From Candidatus Oxydemutatoraceae bacterium (lineage in GTDB: Bacteria; Pseudomonadota; Gammaproteobacteria; Poriferisulfidales; Oxydemutatoraceae): DNA of 64,000 nucleotides. A program made the translations under genes and the position numbers. A model generated the notes under the pieces. The model had not been told where the DNA came from, made no database searches, and saw only the letters and a program-made list of their open reading frames with translations. Within the stretch, counting starts at the first letter, position 1. Each line of letters starts with the position of its first letter. This document shows, piece by piece, positions 41,331-51,067 of this stretch. The DNA lies in the NCBI GenBank assembly GCA_965218975.1, contig OZ244717.1, positions 1,504,001 to 1,568,000 on the forward strand, read 5' to 3'.

Positions 41331-42245
41331 TTAACCTCTCATCTTGTTTAAAAAATTTTCAATTCTACTTTTATTGTCTAAAAAACATCTATTCGCATAA
41401 GATTTCAGATTATCTAAATTACCAATATCGTCTATAGCATAATCTATATCAGAATTTACTCTAAGGTAATTTTCCTTCAAAATTAAATTTGATATATTGG
41501 TAGCGCCGACGGAAGACATGCTCAATAGATATTCTACTAATTTTGAAGAATTCCACCCTGTACAAAATCCCCAGCATTTCTTTTTTTTATCATAAGATAT
41601 TTTATTATTACCAGTTCCAATAGATAAAATAGAAATCTCATTTATATTTTTATTGAATTTGCTTACTGCTTCTGTAAATCCTAGAATAGAAGGATTATTA
41701 GCCCATAATCCCCCATCGCACAGAAAATAACTGTTATCCAGTCTTTGTGGGTCAAAATAAGTAGGGGCAGAACAAGAAGACAAAATAGCTTCGGATAGTT
41801 TTGTTTCTTTATCTCTAGTGTAATGTTCTATTTTAGACAAATAATTTGATTTATGAATATATACATTATTATTTAAAAGATCAGATGATACAATCATCAG
41901 CGGTTTTTCAATCTCTCCTAATTTTATATTCTCAAATTGTTTTTCTAAAACGTTTTTTAATCCTTCCTTTTTGTATTTACTTTGTAATACCCTTGAAGAA
42001 AATTTTCTTTTCTTAAATATCTCTTCCCCTTCCTTTTCGTATAATTCTGATATTCTGCCCATAGAAATATCCACTGCTACAGCACTAGATATTATTGCAC
42101 CTGTGCTTGTCCCTATTAATAAATCAAAAAACTTGTTTAAATCGATACTAAAATTTTCTTCTATTTTTTGTAAGATGATAGAAGTATAAAGTCCTCTTAT
42201 CCCACCACCATCTAAAGCCAGTATTTTAAATTTTTCATCTTTCAT
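41331..42245 (-). CDS. Patatin-like phospholipase, CBASS effector (CapV-like)
   Basis: LDGGGIRG, GTSTG, SAPTYF, DGGLWANNP; stop 2 nt before the CD-NTase start. Confidence 0.9.
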   Translation of the reverse strand: MKDEKFKILALDGGGIRGLYTSIILQKIEENFSIDLNKFFDLLIGTSTGAIISSAVAVDISMGRISELYEKEGEEIFKKRKFSSRVLQSKYKKEGLKNVLEKQFENIKLGEIEKPLMIVSSDLLNNNVYIHKSNYLSKIEHYTRDKETKLSEAILSSCSAPTYFDPQRLDNSYFLCDGGLWANNPSILGFTEAVSKFNKNINEISILSIGTGNNKISYDKKKKCWGFCTGWNSSKLVEYLLSMSSVGATNISNLILKENYLRVNSDIDYAIDDIGNLDNLKSYANRCFLDNKSRIENFLNKMRG

Positions 42246-42248
42246 AGC

Positions 42249-42450
42249 TTATCCCTCTACAACCACCACTTCTTGCCCCAGCATATCAATAATTTTAACC
42301 GCTACTTTGCCTTTGATTGCTACTTGATATTTCCCTTGTGCTAAATCCCTTTTCTTCTTGAGAACATCGCTATAGGCGATATTAAAGACTTTGCCGTTGT
42401 AATCATTGTCTATCAAAACACAATTGATTGTTGCTCTAAAATCTTTGTAT
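42249..42450 (-). pseudogene. C-terminal remnant of a type III Mod-like DNA methyltransferase
   Basis: CVLIDNDYNGKVFNI...VAVKIIDMLGQE matches C-terminal tails of Mod-type MTases; upstream frame switches to IS sequence near 42450. Confidence 0.6.
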
Positions 42451-42937
42451 CTCGGGAGCGAAAATGTAGCGGTGCACTCCGTGCTGATAACGCACGATCG
42501 TATCCAGGACGATGCAGTGCCCCGGGTTGCCCCCGGACACTGCACTCGGAAGTAACTTGGCTTGCGCACCCTGGAACAGCGCTTGAACGGTCGTTTTGTT
42601 TGTTTTTTGGCGTTCTCTTTTGGTATTCGGGCCGCTGCGGAATACAGCGCATCTTATAGCGTGTCTTATAACGGATCTTATCCGGCGCAGCCGCGATCAG
42701 ACGCGCAATCGCGCGGACACTTGGGCATGTTTCACCCTGCACCACCCTCATGCCGACAACGAACAGAAAGCGCCGCCCCGAATGTTACTGCCGAACGCTT
42801 TCCTGGGGGCCCTGCAAGAATCCTATTTTAGGGTGGCATCGTACAACCCGACGCCCCATCATTCACTGGGGCTACAATCCTCGATACAATCGCTCCTGAC
42901 TCACCACCCGGAGTGCCAAATGTTATGGACCTATACA
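42451..42937. mobile_element. Scrambled IS481-family remnant (copy C): minus-strand transposase piece, repeat R2, plus-strand right end
   Basis: Minus strand PSVRAIARLIAAAPDK...RKP...HRYIF; plus strand YN..PHHSLGLQS...HHPECQMLWTYT ending ACA at 42937. Confidence 0.75.
42753..42842 (+). repeat. Repeat R2, copy 1
   Basis: ACAGAAAGCGCCG..CCGAATGTTACTGCCGAACG...CAAGAATCC...TGGCATCGT also present at 44363-44449. Confidence 0.85.
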
Positions 42938-42942
42938 ACTCC

Positions 42943-42973
42943 TTGACAAAAAAACTGCTTTGCCTTATACGAT
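42943..42973 (+). promoter_or_regulatory. Putative sigma70 promoter of the TM-TIR operon
   Basis: Perfect TTGACA (42943-42948); -10 either TATACG (17-nt spacer) or TACGAT (19-nt spacer). Confidence 0.45.
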
Positions 42974-43007
42974 ACGAAAATTGAATCTGGCGTTTAGTAT
43001 AAAAATA

Positions 43008-43433
43008 ATGATGGACCAAGAAGAAAAAATAAAATATTTAGAATTTGTTCAAAACATTGTAACAAGAATGAATAATAACTCATTCCAAATTAAAAACTGG
43101 TGTGTTATTACTGTTTCGGCTATCTTTACAATTTCCATTTCTAAAGAAAATTTCTACATCTTACTTGTTGCATTATTGCCAATCATTTTATTTTGGTTTC
43201 TAGATGCTTATTACTTGACACAAGAAAGAAGATTTAGAGGGCTTTATGATCAAGCTATTAAAAAAGAAAGTAGTTTAGGAGCTTTTGAAATGAACACTTC
43301 GTCTTTTAGACTAGGGCAATATCGTTATTTTAAAGTTTTATCTTCAAAAACCATTTCTAGTTTATACATAACCATGATTATTGTAGTGTTAATTATGTTT
43401 TGTTTAATCCAATATAAAGGAGGCACATTATGA
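43008..43433 (+). CDS. Small multi-pass membrane protein, candidate effector paired with the TIR gene
   Basis: About three hydrophobic segments; motifs LEFVQNIVTRMNNNSFQIKNW and FWFLDAYYLTQERRFRGLY; stop overlaps the TIR start (ATGA); start ATG 43008 or 43011. Confidence 0.75.
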   Translation: MMDQEEKIKYLEFVQNIVTRMNNNSFQIKNWCVITVSAIFTISISKENFYILLVALLPIILFWFLDAYYLTQERRFRGLYDQAIKKESSLGAFEMNTSSFRLGQYRYFKVLSSKTISSLYITMIIVVLIMFCLIQYKGGTL

Positions 43434-43870
43434 GAAGAGTATTTTTTAGTTTTAAGTATAAAAAAGATGTTTCCAGGGCTATGGTTGTTAGAGAGAGTTG
43501 TGTGACGCAAGGTAAAGAAGCGGCAGGATTTATAGACAAAGCAAATTTTGAGAAAATAAAAAGGCAAGGTGATACAGCCATAAAAAGATGGATAGATGAT
43601 CAGATGGAGGGAACATCTGTAACAGTTGTTTTAGTGGGTCAAGAAACTTGTAACAGTCGTTGGGTTAAATATGAAATAAAGGAGAGCAAAGAAAAAGGGA
43701 ATGGTTTATTAGGTGTAGACATTAGTAAAATAAAAGATTTACAAGGCAATACTAGCGAAAGATGTGGACAAATCCCGGAAGGCTACTCATTTTATCTATG
43801 GAAAAATGATGACGGTTATAACAATTTAGGCGATTGGATAGAAGAAGCTGCGCGAAAAGCGGGAAGGTAA
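43430..43870 (+). CDS. ThsB-like TIR-domain protein (DUF1863/MTH538-like)
   Basis: RRVFFSF.Y, IKRWIDDQMEGTSVTVVLVG.ET, catalytic Glu in RWVKYEI, GNGLLG; RBS AGGAGG. Confidence 0.88.
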   Translation: MRRVFFSFKYKKDVSRAMVVRESCVTQGKEAAGFIDKANFEKIKRQGDTAIKRWIDDQMEGTSVTVVLVGQETCNSRWVKYEIKESKEKGNGLLGVDISKIKDLQGNTSERCGQIPEGYSFYLWKNDDGYNNLGDWIEEAARKAGR

Positions 43871-44029
43871 AAGGGGCAGGAAACAAAAAAGCCACCCCCC
43901 ATCATTCAACACAAAAGGAGGCGATTAAAGGGAACTACATACTTTAATCCGCAAAGCACGGGTTAGGGCTTCCGCTTTTCCAGCTTTCGTTGCTGCTTTA
44001 ATTCCTTGCCCGTTGGCCTGCGGTCTTCA

Positions 44030-44236
44030 TACTTTGCCCGGCTCATCTGGGAATTACTCATGATTGAGTAGTGGCTGGCCTACCCCAAGTGCCCAAAAAT
44101 GAACGCGCACATCGGGTGCTTCAACTGCACCGTCTGGCGTACGGTCCAAGAAGATTGTATTGATCATGGGAAGACCTGCTATTTACCGATACGCAAGCAT
44201 TCAATGACCGGTTGTGAAACCGTTTTGGCTTGGTAA
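44030..44236 (+). mobile_element. IS481-family integrase-core fragment (copy D; left limit approximate)
   Basis: Degenerate WLAYPKCPKMNAHIGCFN...VQE...EDLLFTDTQAFNDRL. Confidence 0.65.
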
Positions 44237-44449
44237 CAGATTATCAGCACAGTGCTTGTCATCCATGACGAGACTTGGTTCCGTCAAAGAGCGCCAGCCC
44301 CGACGTCCTTGTTGGGTCGTTCACCGCTGAAAACCGTTCAGTTTTCCGGGCGCGTCTCACCCGGCAACGGACAGAAAGCGCCGGTCCGAATGTTACTGCC
44401 GAACGTTTCCCTCAAAGCTCTTCAAGAATCCCATTCAGGATGGCATCGT
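44237..44449 (+). repeat. Contiguous R1+R2 unit (about 213 bp), the longest copy of the repeat element
   Basis: R1 (44237-44362) runs directly into R2 (44363-44449). Confidence 0.85.
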
Positions 44450-44525
44450 GCAGCGGCTTGAGCGATCCATCGCAGTCGGAAAACGCATCCGATATGTTTT
44501 CGGACACGTACAGGAGATACGGACT

Positions 44526-47500
44526 TTATCGTAACCCACCCAGCATAGCCCTGATATAACTATCCCTGTCTTTTTCCTGAAAAAGGATATTGCTTTTTTG
44601 CATTTCGCTTTTTTCTATTCGCCATAGTCTGCGCATCGTTGCGGACGGAGTGTTTGAAACAATAAATGACTGCAAACATACGTCCCGATTTTTGAGGCGT
44701 TGTTCGATTTCCTTGATGGTCTCGTAGAACCGGATCTTTGGATCGTCCCATCCGAGATTCCGGATTCCCTTGGGATCTATGAAGATAACCCGTTGTTGCT
44801 TATTCTCAAGCAACCACAAGATAAAGTCGGGGTAAAAGTTACCGGCTTCAAAAAAACCCACACCGCGGCCCCTGCTCAGGTTTCGTAACAGATAGAGTTC
44901 ACGGTCTTGAAAGAAGTTTGTATGATTGTCGTGGAACGCCTTTAGATCTTCGACGAATTGGTACTCGCCTTTGTTCAGCGGCGCAGGTTTGATCTCGACA
45001 ACGTTTTTATCCAGATAGAGCAGCGGTTGGTACAAATGTTCCCCGAACCATACGGCCTTCATGCCTTGGAATTCCCAACGCTTCAACTCACCCTTCTGGA
45101 TGATGGCTTTGAGGTCCTCGAGCTTGGCGACGATGTCTTCCCGCGACTTGTTGATCAGGATCCGGTAGTAGCCCTCGTCCGGCGAATCCTTCACACCGAG
45201 GAAATTCGGGTCGTCGTCTTCCAGGTAACGGTATTCAAGGTGAGGAAGCTCCCACTCGCGCTTGCGGAAGGTGTAGTAACGCTCGGTGTATTTCTTCAGT
45301 AGCGCAAGCACGATTTCTTCCCATAGGCGTATCTTCTCGTAAGAATCGCCGACCAACTCCTCCGCAGGGATTTGCAAGCGATACCAGCTCTGGTCTCCGA
45401 GCAGGGCCTCGACCCCCTGCCGTGCGAGATTCAGGTTGTACCAGCCGCGCTCGACCTTGAATCGCTCCAGATCGAAGCAAATACGGTCGAGATCGAGGAA
45501 GGCCACATGGCGGGGTGTCAGGTGGGTCTCGTTCGGCGCGGCATCGGCATCGCCGCCAACCAGACCGCCCGACTTCATCGCCTGAATCTTCGGATACCAG
45601 TTAATCACCACTTGATTTTGCCGAAGGTTGTGGTCATCCTGATTGTTCTCAGGGTCCGGTGGCATGAGGGTCGGGACGGGTGCGAGTTTACGAAATGCTT
45701 GACCGAACTCGGTGCTGACACCATTGATCGTCGTCTTGAGCCGGATCGTCTTGAGTCGAATCGTCTTGAGTTTCTGTTTTCCGAGGTTATTGATCACCGG
45801 CAGCACAAACTCAATGTGTCCATCGGGCAAACCTTCTTCGTTAAGAAAATCCCGAAACTGCGCCATGTAATTAGCATGAATGCCGAAGATGCCGAGTGTT
45901 TCGAGTACACCGATGTGTTTCGGCTGCCTGATACTTTCGGGAAGATCAATTTTACTGCTGCGTTTAAGGCTCAGACCGTAACCCTTGAGTCGCACGCCGC
46001 GTCCGAAGAGTTGGATGATCTGCGCGCCTTCCCCTTTGCCCACGTTCATCAGCCCCATTGTCGAGACGCGCCAGCTGCTCCAACCTTCGGTAAACTTCTT
46101 TGAGCCAATCAGCAGATGCACCGTTGATTCCGGCTTGTTGATCTCATGGAAAAGCGACCCCGAAAATTTGCGCTCGCCCGTAGCAAGACCTTTCTCATCA
46201 CACCGCCTTACCAGTTTGGTGTCGTCGCCCACGTTGATGACGCCAAAGGCATCGTTTTCGGCTCCCAGACGCAAGGCTATCTCGCCGGTTGCGCCTTGCA
46301 GGTTTTCAACATAGAGTCGACCGCCGCCCGGGGCGTTGAAGAGCGTCGCAAGCGTCTCATTGAAGACTTGCTCCGGAGAGAGGCCGCAGGTGTTGAGATA
46401 CGCGAAGCGCCCGCAGAACAAGTTCTTGCCCGTGGCGGTGACAAGGCCCTGATTGAGAACCCGGTCGATGCGCTGGATGCTGCCGACGTGGTCCGAGACG
46501 TAGCGCGCCAGGAACCTCAAGATCTCGACGATGTCCGAGGCATCCTGCGCGGCCAAGCCCTTGACGACCCGCCCGCCGACGAAGATCCACAGAGGATTCT
46601 CGATGTTGAACGGCCGGAAGGCGCCGCCTTGCTCGCGGTAGAGCCGTTGCTGTTGGAAGAACGAAAGCAAGGAGGCCACGAGGTACAATTCAAGGTGATC
46701 TCGTTGTGTCCCCTCGTCGAGATTGAGTATCTGGTAATCCTTGCCGAAACCGTCTTTATAAAAATAGCGATACGAGTAGTCGCACAGCGTGTTCTTTGCA
46801 TATTGTTCGGTAAGTCGGAGGTTACCCTTGACCGCTTGCCCAAAGGTCGCCGAGTACTCGAAGGAGAATCCCTTTTCGCACAGCGCATTGCGAAAGCGCA
46901 TCCAAGCGCCTCCTTTTCCTGCGCTCGCGCCGCGGTGCCCTTCATCCACGAGCACCAGATTGTTCCCCTCAAAGGCGTTGATGGCGATGGTCTTGTCGCC
47001 CATCTCGTCCTTAAGCTTGTGGATGTCGAGGATTTCTATCCTCTGCCCGCTAAACAACCCGCGCCCATCCTTGTTGAAGAGCTCCGCGTCGATGCCCGCC
47101 GCCTCAAACTCGCGCAGATGCTGCTGCGAAAGTCCTTCGTTGGGCGTAAGCAGGAGGATGCGGTTCAACTCGCGCCGCCGGCCGTGTTGGGTCAGAGCGT
47201 GCTGGTACTGTAGGATGTTGGCGTGCATCAGCAGCGTCTTACCGCTGCCGGTGGCCATCCAGAAGGCGAGCTTGTTTAGTTGCGGCCAAGCTTCAGCGGC
47301 TTCGTCTAAGGCGGCGATCTGGTCGGCCTCGGGCTTGTCCGCATTGTAGGTTGCCACTTGAGCGTTGATCTCCACCAGCAACGCCTTGGGATCACGGAAA
47401 TAGCGGTCCAGATAGATTTCGGTAAAGAGTAGAGCCAGATACTGAAAATACTTCCAAACGATTGGCTTCTCGCCGTGAGTAATTCGTCTTTCGTTCAGTC

Positions 47501-47762
47501 TTTGGGTGTGCCTGACGATGTTCTGATCGTATTCCAGCAGCAGTTCGGCGGGCAATTCTTTCAAATCGAAATGATGTTCCTTGAGCACAAGGTGGAAGCG
47601 ATGAATGTTGTTCTCGTCCAGTCCTTCCAGTTTCTCGTCGCGCAGATGTTCGGCCAGTTTTGCGAAATGTTGTACATTGAAAAGCGACAGCAGCCACCGG
47701 TTAAGTACCAGCTTATGAGCGAACGGTACTTGCGGCCGGTTCTTTGCGCGGCGTACCATCAC
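44526..47762 (-). CDS. res: Type III restriction-modification Res subunit
   Basis: [28 protein letters not shown]-terminal nuclease FYPDF...FIDPKG; overlaps the mod stop by 4 nt. Confidence 0.9.
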   Translation of the reverse strand: MMVRRAKNRPQVPFAHKLVLNRWLLSLFNVQHFAKLAEHLRDEKLEGLDENNIHRFHLVLKEHHFDLKELPAELLLEYDQNIVRHTQRLNERRITHGEKPIVWKYFQYLALLFTEIYLDRYFRDPKALLVEINAQVATYNADKPEADQIAALDEAAEAWPQLNKLAFWMATGSGKTLLMHANILQYQHALTQHGRRRELNRILLLTPNEGLSQQHLREFEAAGIDAELFNKDGRGLFSGQRIEILDIHKLKDEMGDKTIAINAFEGNNLVLVDEGHRGASAGKGGAWMRFRNALCEKGFSFEYSATFGQAVKGNLRLTEQYAKNTLCDYSYRYFYKDGFGKDYQILNLDEGTQRDHLELYLVASLLSFFQQQRLYREQGGAFRPFNIENPLWIFVGGRVVKGLAAQDASDIVEILRFLARYVSDHVGSIQRIDRVLNQGLVTATGKNLFCGRFAYLNTCGLSPEQVFNETLATLFNAPGGGRLYVENLQGATGEIALRLGAENDAFGVINVGDDTKLVRRCDEKGLATGERKFSGSLFHEINKPESTVHLLIGSKKFTEGWSSWRVSTMGLMNVGKGEGAQIIQLFGRGVRLKGYGLSLKRSSKIDLPESIRQPKHIGVLETLGIFGIHANYMAQFRDFLNEEGLPDGHIEFVLPVINNLGKQKLKTIRLKTIRLKTTINGVSTEFGQAFRKLAPVPTLMPPDPENNQDDHNLRQNQVVINWYPKIQAMKSGGLVGGDADAAPNETHLTPRHVAFLDLDRICFDLERFKVERGWYNLNLARQGVEALLGDQSWYRLQIPAEELVGDSYEKIRLWEEIVLALLKKYTERYYTFRKREWELPHLEYRYLEDDDPNFLGVKDSPDEGYYRILINKSREDIVAKLEDLKAIIQKGELKRWEFQGMKAVWFGEHLYQPLLYLDKNVVEIKPAPLNKGEYQFVEDLKAFHDNHTNFFQDRELYLLRNLSRGRGVGFFEAGNFYPDFILWLLENKQQRVIFIDPKGIRNLGWDDPKIRFYETIKEIEQRLKNRDVCLQSFIVSNTPSATMRRLWRIEKSEMQKSNILFQEKDRDSYIRAMLGGLR

Positions 47763-50700
47763 AGGTCCTCAATTTCAAACATCAGGCGATGGAAGTCTTC
47801 CTCGATAAGCCGCGTCTTCCACAAATCGTTGGGGGTTTTGAGGTTTTCGAGATTGTTGCTGCCGTTGACGTAAATGAGATCGAGCTCATTATCCTTTGCG
47901 AGGTAACCTCGCTTGGTGAACCATTCGTCAAGCACAAGATTGTCTTGTTCCGGGTTTCCGGTAAGCTTGCGCCAGATGATGAGCGTTCGACGACCGTCCG
48001 GCGTGGTTCCTGTAACCGTGCGAAACCAGTACGGGCCGTTCGCATCTTTCTTGAGGCGGCCTTTCATCCGAAGGCGAAGGCGTTTCTCGCTGTCGCGCCG
48101 GAACGTGGCGCTGAAAGCCTGCGGCGCGGCGATGTGCCGAACCGTTAAGCCGATCAGCCAATTGAACGTCTCCAGAAGATCAGCGTTGACCATGCGGCTC
48201 TCATCCGACCCCGGACGCTTGACTTTGAGCTTGTACGCCGTGGGGTCGGCAAAGGCTTGCACATTGAGCAACGACTGACTGCCGCGCGTCTCAACGTTGA
48301 GCATATAGCGGAGAATGTACTGTTCTCTAAGTCCTTCCGCACCTTGTGCCTCAGCAGAGGTAAGTAAATCGGCCTGTCTGTCGGTTCGGTGTGTCTCAAG
48401 GTTGTTGAGCGCGTCTTCGTAGGATTCAAGCCGGACGACCTTGACGATGCGTGGGCTGCGCTCGGCTTCCTCGGGTGTGGCGAGGCGCTTGGGTTTGCCG
48501 TCTTTCCATGCCGGCGTGAAAGTAACCTTTTTGATGCGTGGCAGCAGCACTGTGTCGAAGTAGTCGCCCATCTCGACGAGGATGAAGCGCATTGGCACTC
48601 CAGTCGTGCGAACTATCTCCAGGATACTCTGCGCTGTAGTGCCTGACCCTGCGAAGTAGTCGAGAACAGTAGAGCCTGGCGCGCTTGCAAACGACAGCAG
48701 CCTACGCAGAAGCTGCGGCGGCTTGGGATTCTCAAAAAAATCACCATTGCGACCGAACTGCGATTGCAGTGAATATGCACCAAGACGCCCATCAAGATCC
48801 AACACGCTTCGGAACGAATCCTTGTAGTCACTGAGGTATAGCTTGATCTGAACGATGCGGTTTTCGTCTGGACCGTAAATGAGACGTCCCTTGTCAATGA
48901 AGTCGTGTCTCATCGTGCCTTCTGGGAACCTGTACCCATTTGCGGGCAATCGCATGGGTTTCCCCGTACGTGGATGCAAAATCTCGTACTCGTGGCCTCC
49001 CGGGTGGGGGTTGTGGACACTTTGGGAGCCCGTATAGACGCCGTCGCTGTCGACAAACTTATACCGGTCCACCTCACCGAGAACTGCGGCGTTGTCTCTG
49101 ATAAAGTTTCTCAAGTTAGATTGGATTGCCCTCAGCGTAGCGCCCTGCTCCTTCAGGCGTTCATATTCCTGGAGCAACAGCTCTTTCGCATCCGCGAAAT
49201 CATTCTTCCAAACGGGTGCCGCTGTGCCGATGTCTCTGACGTGGCACTGCACGTATTCGTGTTCGATGGCGATGCGAGTCGGATTGTTGTCACGAGCATT
49301 CCGCCAGACGACGGTGCCGGCGTCGTTGGTGGCTCCGAACGTCTCGTCCAGAAGCCAGCTGAGTTGACGGAACTCGTTGCCATCGATTGAGGAAAGAAAG
49401 GCTGCATCCTGTCGCAGGAGGGACGCGGACGACAAAACTCGGTCCTGCATCATCGAGAGCCATGAGGCACTTTGGTAGCCGTCCTTGTACGGGAACGCGT
49501 CCTTGCGGGTGTTATACGGCGGGTCGATGTATATACACTTCACCTTCTCGCGATACTGTGCCTGCATCAGGTTTAGTGCCTGAAAATTCTCGCTATGAAA
49601 TAGAACGCCATCCGTCTGCTCATCTATATCACTCATCGCTTCAAGTAGGCGCGCAGTAAACCTTTCATCAAAATGCCGCGTGTCTACCACCAGGGTTGAA
49701 TGCGCTTTTAGGAACTCGGGTTTGAGTTTTTTGCCGTAACCGGGCGTAGCCAAATCGCCCTTAATCTCGTCTATGGCAAACAGCTGCACCCACTCCTTGC
49801 GCTGAGTTTGATTTGCAGCGATTTCAGCATAGAATTTTTCCGGGATACACCCCGTCCGGATACACCAAGAGGTGCCCACGACGAACTTCTTCTTCAGCCA
49901 CAGCTTTTTCTGGAAGTCTTCAAGCTGCGCGAGGAAGTCAATGATCTTGCCCGCAATTTTTCGGATAACCTTGACCGTCGAGAGATACTGCTCAACGCGA
50001 GGCGCGGATTCGTTCTCTATATCGTCGAGATGCATGACTTCGTTCTTAATGTAAAAATCCAACTCCCGACGGAGGAAGGGCCCGAGATCCTTGTGGATGA
50101 AGTAGTCAAAGGTGTTGCGTGCGGTGTAGCGGTTCAGATGCGCTTCCAGGCGGCTGTACTCGGCTTGCTTGCCGTTAGTCATAGTATGCGGCTTTTTTAG
50201 CTCTGCAATCCATTCCGCCAATGCCGCGTCGGTTATGGTCTTTATGCGCTTGACGGCGAGCGTGATCAAATATTTTTGAACAGGTGGTTTATTTTTTCCG
50301 TTACGTTCGTCTTCGGGCCAATCGCTAAGCGTCGCCGGGCGGTATTCAAAGCGGATGACGAGCTCCTTGCCTTGCTCACCGTCTTCCTCGGTTATAAAGT
50401 CACGGTCCGAGCTTCCCGGCGCTGCCGGAAGAAACACACGGTTGTTTTCTTCACGCGCTTTGACGTTGCCATGCTCGCCTTCGGCAACGTCCGCCAGCCG
50501 AAAGTGCACGCGCATAGGTTTCTTTTTGTCGTCAGGCCGCAGGCGAAATGCGTAATCGCACAGGTACTCGCTCGTTTTAATGTAGTACTGATCCTTGTTG
50601 GCCCAATGAAGCATGACTTCCTCGCCTTCATAGGGGACGGCATAAACGCCCGGCTTGTAAACGCGTTTTGCGAGAAAGTCGCCTTCGGAGTAGTAGCGGC

Positions 50701-51055
50701 GAAAGAAACCATACAGGCGATCGTATACTTCGCTCTCCAATGCGTTGATATCGACGGCATCGTCTCGGAGCCGGGCGCGTAGTTCTTTGACCTTGGGCGA
50801 GTCGTCCGGATTCATTCCGGCCGTCTTAATACCCGCGATCACCTCGGACAGTTCCTCCTCGATCCTTACTTTGTCGACGGTTCTGTACTGCCCAAAGGCT
50901 GTCTGCACCTGCGGCAGCAGGTCATCGTCGAGAAACTGTGATACTTCAGCACTCTTGGCGTGCATTATTCGGTAAAGACCGAAATCCAGATCGGGCCGGT
51001 CGAGCTGGAACAGCTCTTTCAGCAGTATTTTCAGCTTTTCGTACTTTTTGTTCAT
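47759..51055 (-). CDS. mod: Type III R-M Mod subunit (amino-methyltransferase, long form)
   Basis: [50 protein letters not shown]. Confidence 0.9.
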   Translation of the reverse strand: MNKKYEKLKILLKELFQLDRPDLDFGLYRIMHAKSAEVSQFLDDDLLPQVQTAFGQYRTVDKVRIEEELSEVIAGIKTAGMNPDDSPKVKELRARLRDDAVDINALESEVYDRLYGFFRRYYSEGDFLAKRVYKPGVYAVPYEGEEVMLHWANKDQYYIKTSEYLCDYAFRLRPDDKKKPMRVHFRLADVAEGEHGNVKAREENNRVFLPAAPGSSDRDFITEEDGEQGKELVIRFEYRPATLSDWPEDERNGKNKPPVQKYLITLAVKRIKTITDAALAEWIAELKKPHTMTNGKQAEYSRLEAHLNRYTARNTFDYFIHKDLGPFLRRELDFYIKNEVMHLDDIENESAPRVEQYLSTVKVIRKIAGKIIDFLAQLEDFQKKLWLKKKFVVGTSWCIRTGCIPEKFYAEIAANQTQRKEWVQLFAIDEIKGDLATPGYGKKLKPEFLKAHSTLVVDTRHFDERFTARLLEAMSDIDEQTDGVLFHSENFQALNLMQAQYREKVKCIYIDPPYNTRKDAFPYKDGYQSASWLSMMQDRVLSSASLLRQDAAFLSSIDGNEFRQLSWLLDETFGATNDAGTVVWRNARDNNPTRIAIEHEYVQCHVRDIGTAAPVWKNDFADAKELLLQEYERLKEQGATLRAIQSNLRNFIRDNAAVLGEVDRYKFVDSDGVYTGSQSVHNPHPGGHEYEILHPRTGKPMRLPANGYRFPEGTMRHDFIDKGRLIYGPDENRIVQIKLYLSDYKDSFRSVLDLDGRLGAYSLQSQFGRNGDFFENPKPPQLLRRLLSFASAPGSTVLDYFAGSGTTAQSILEIVRTTGVPMRFILVEMGDYFDTVLLPRIKKVTFTPAWKDGKPKRLATPEEAERSPRIVKVVRLESYEDALNNLETHRTDRQADLLTSAEAQGAEGLREQYILRYMLNVETRGSQSLLNVQAFADPTAYKLKVKRPGSDESRMVNADLLETFNWLIGLTVRHIAAPQAFSATFRRDSEKRLRLRMKGRLKKDANGPYWFRTVTGTTPDGRRTLIIWRKLTGNPEQDNLVLDEWFTKRGYLAKDNELDLIYVNGSNNLENLKTPNDLWKTRLIEEDFHRLMFEIEDL

Positions 51056-51067
51056 GCAGTCTCTTCT

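Noticed and set aside
43430-43870. Canonical Thoeris (thsA-thsB)
   Set aside because: No SIR2-SLOG, Macro-TM or caspase-like effector nearby; reported as a variant instead
47759-51055. Phase-variable mod (phasevarion)
   Set aside because: No simple-sequence repeat tract noticed; only short homopolymers
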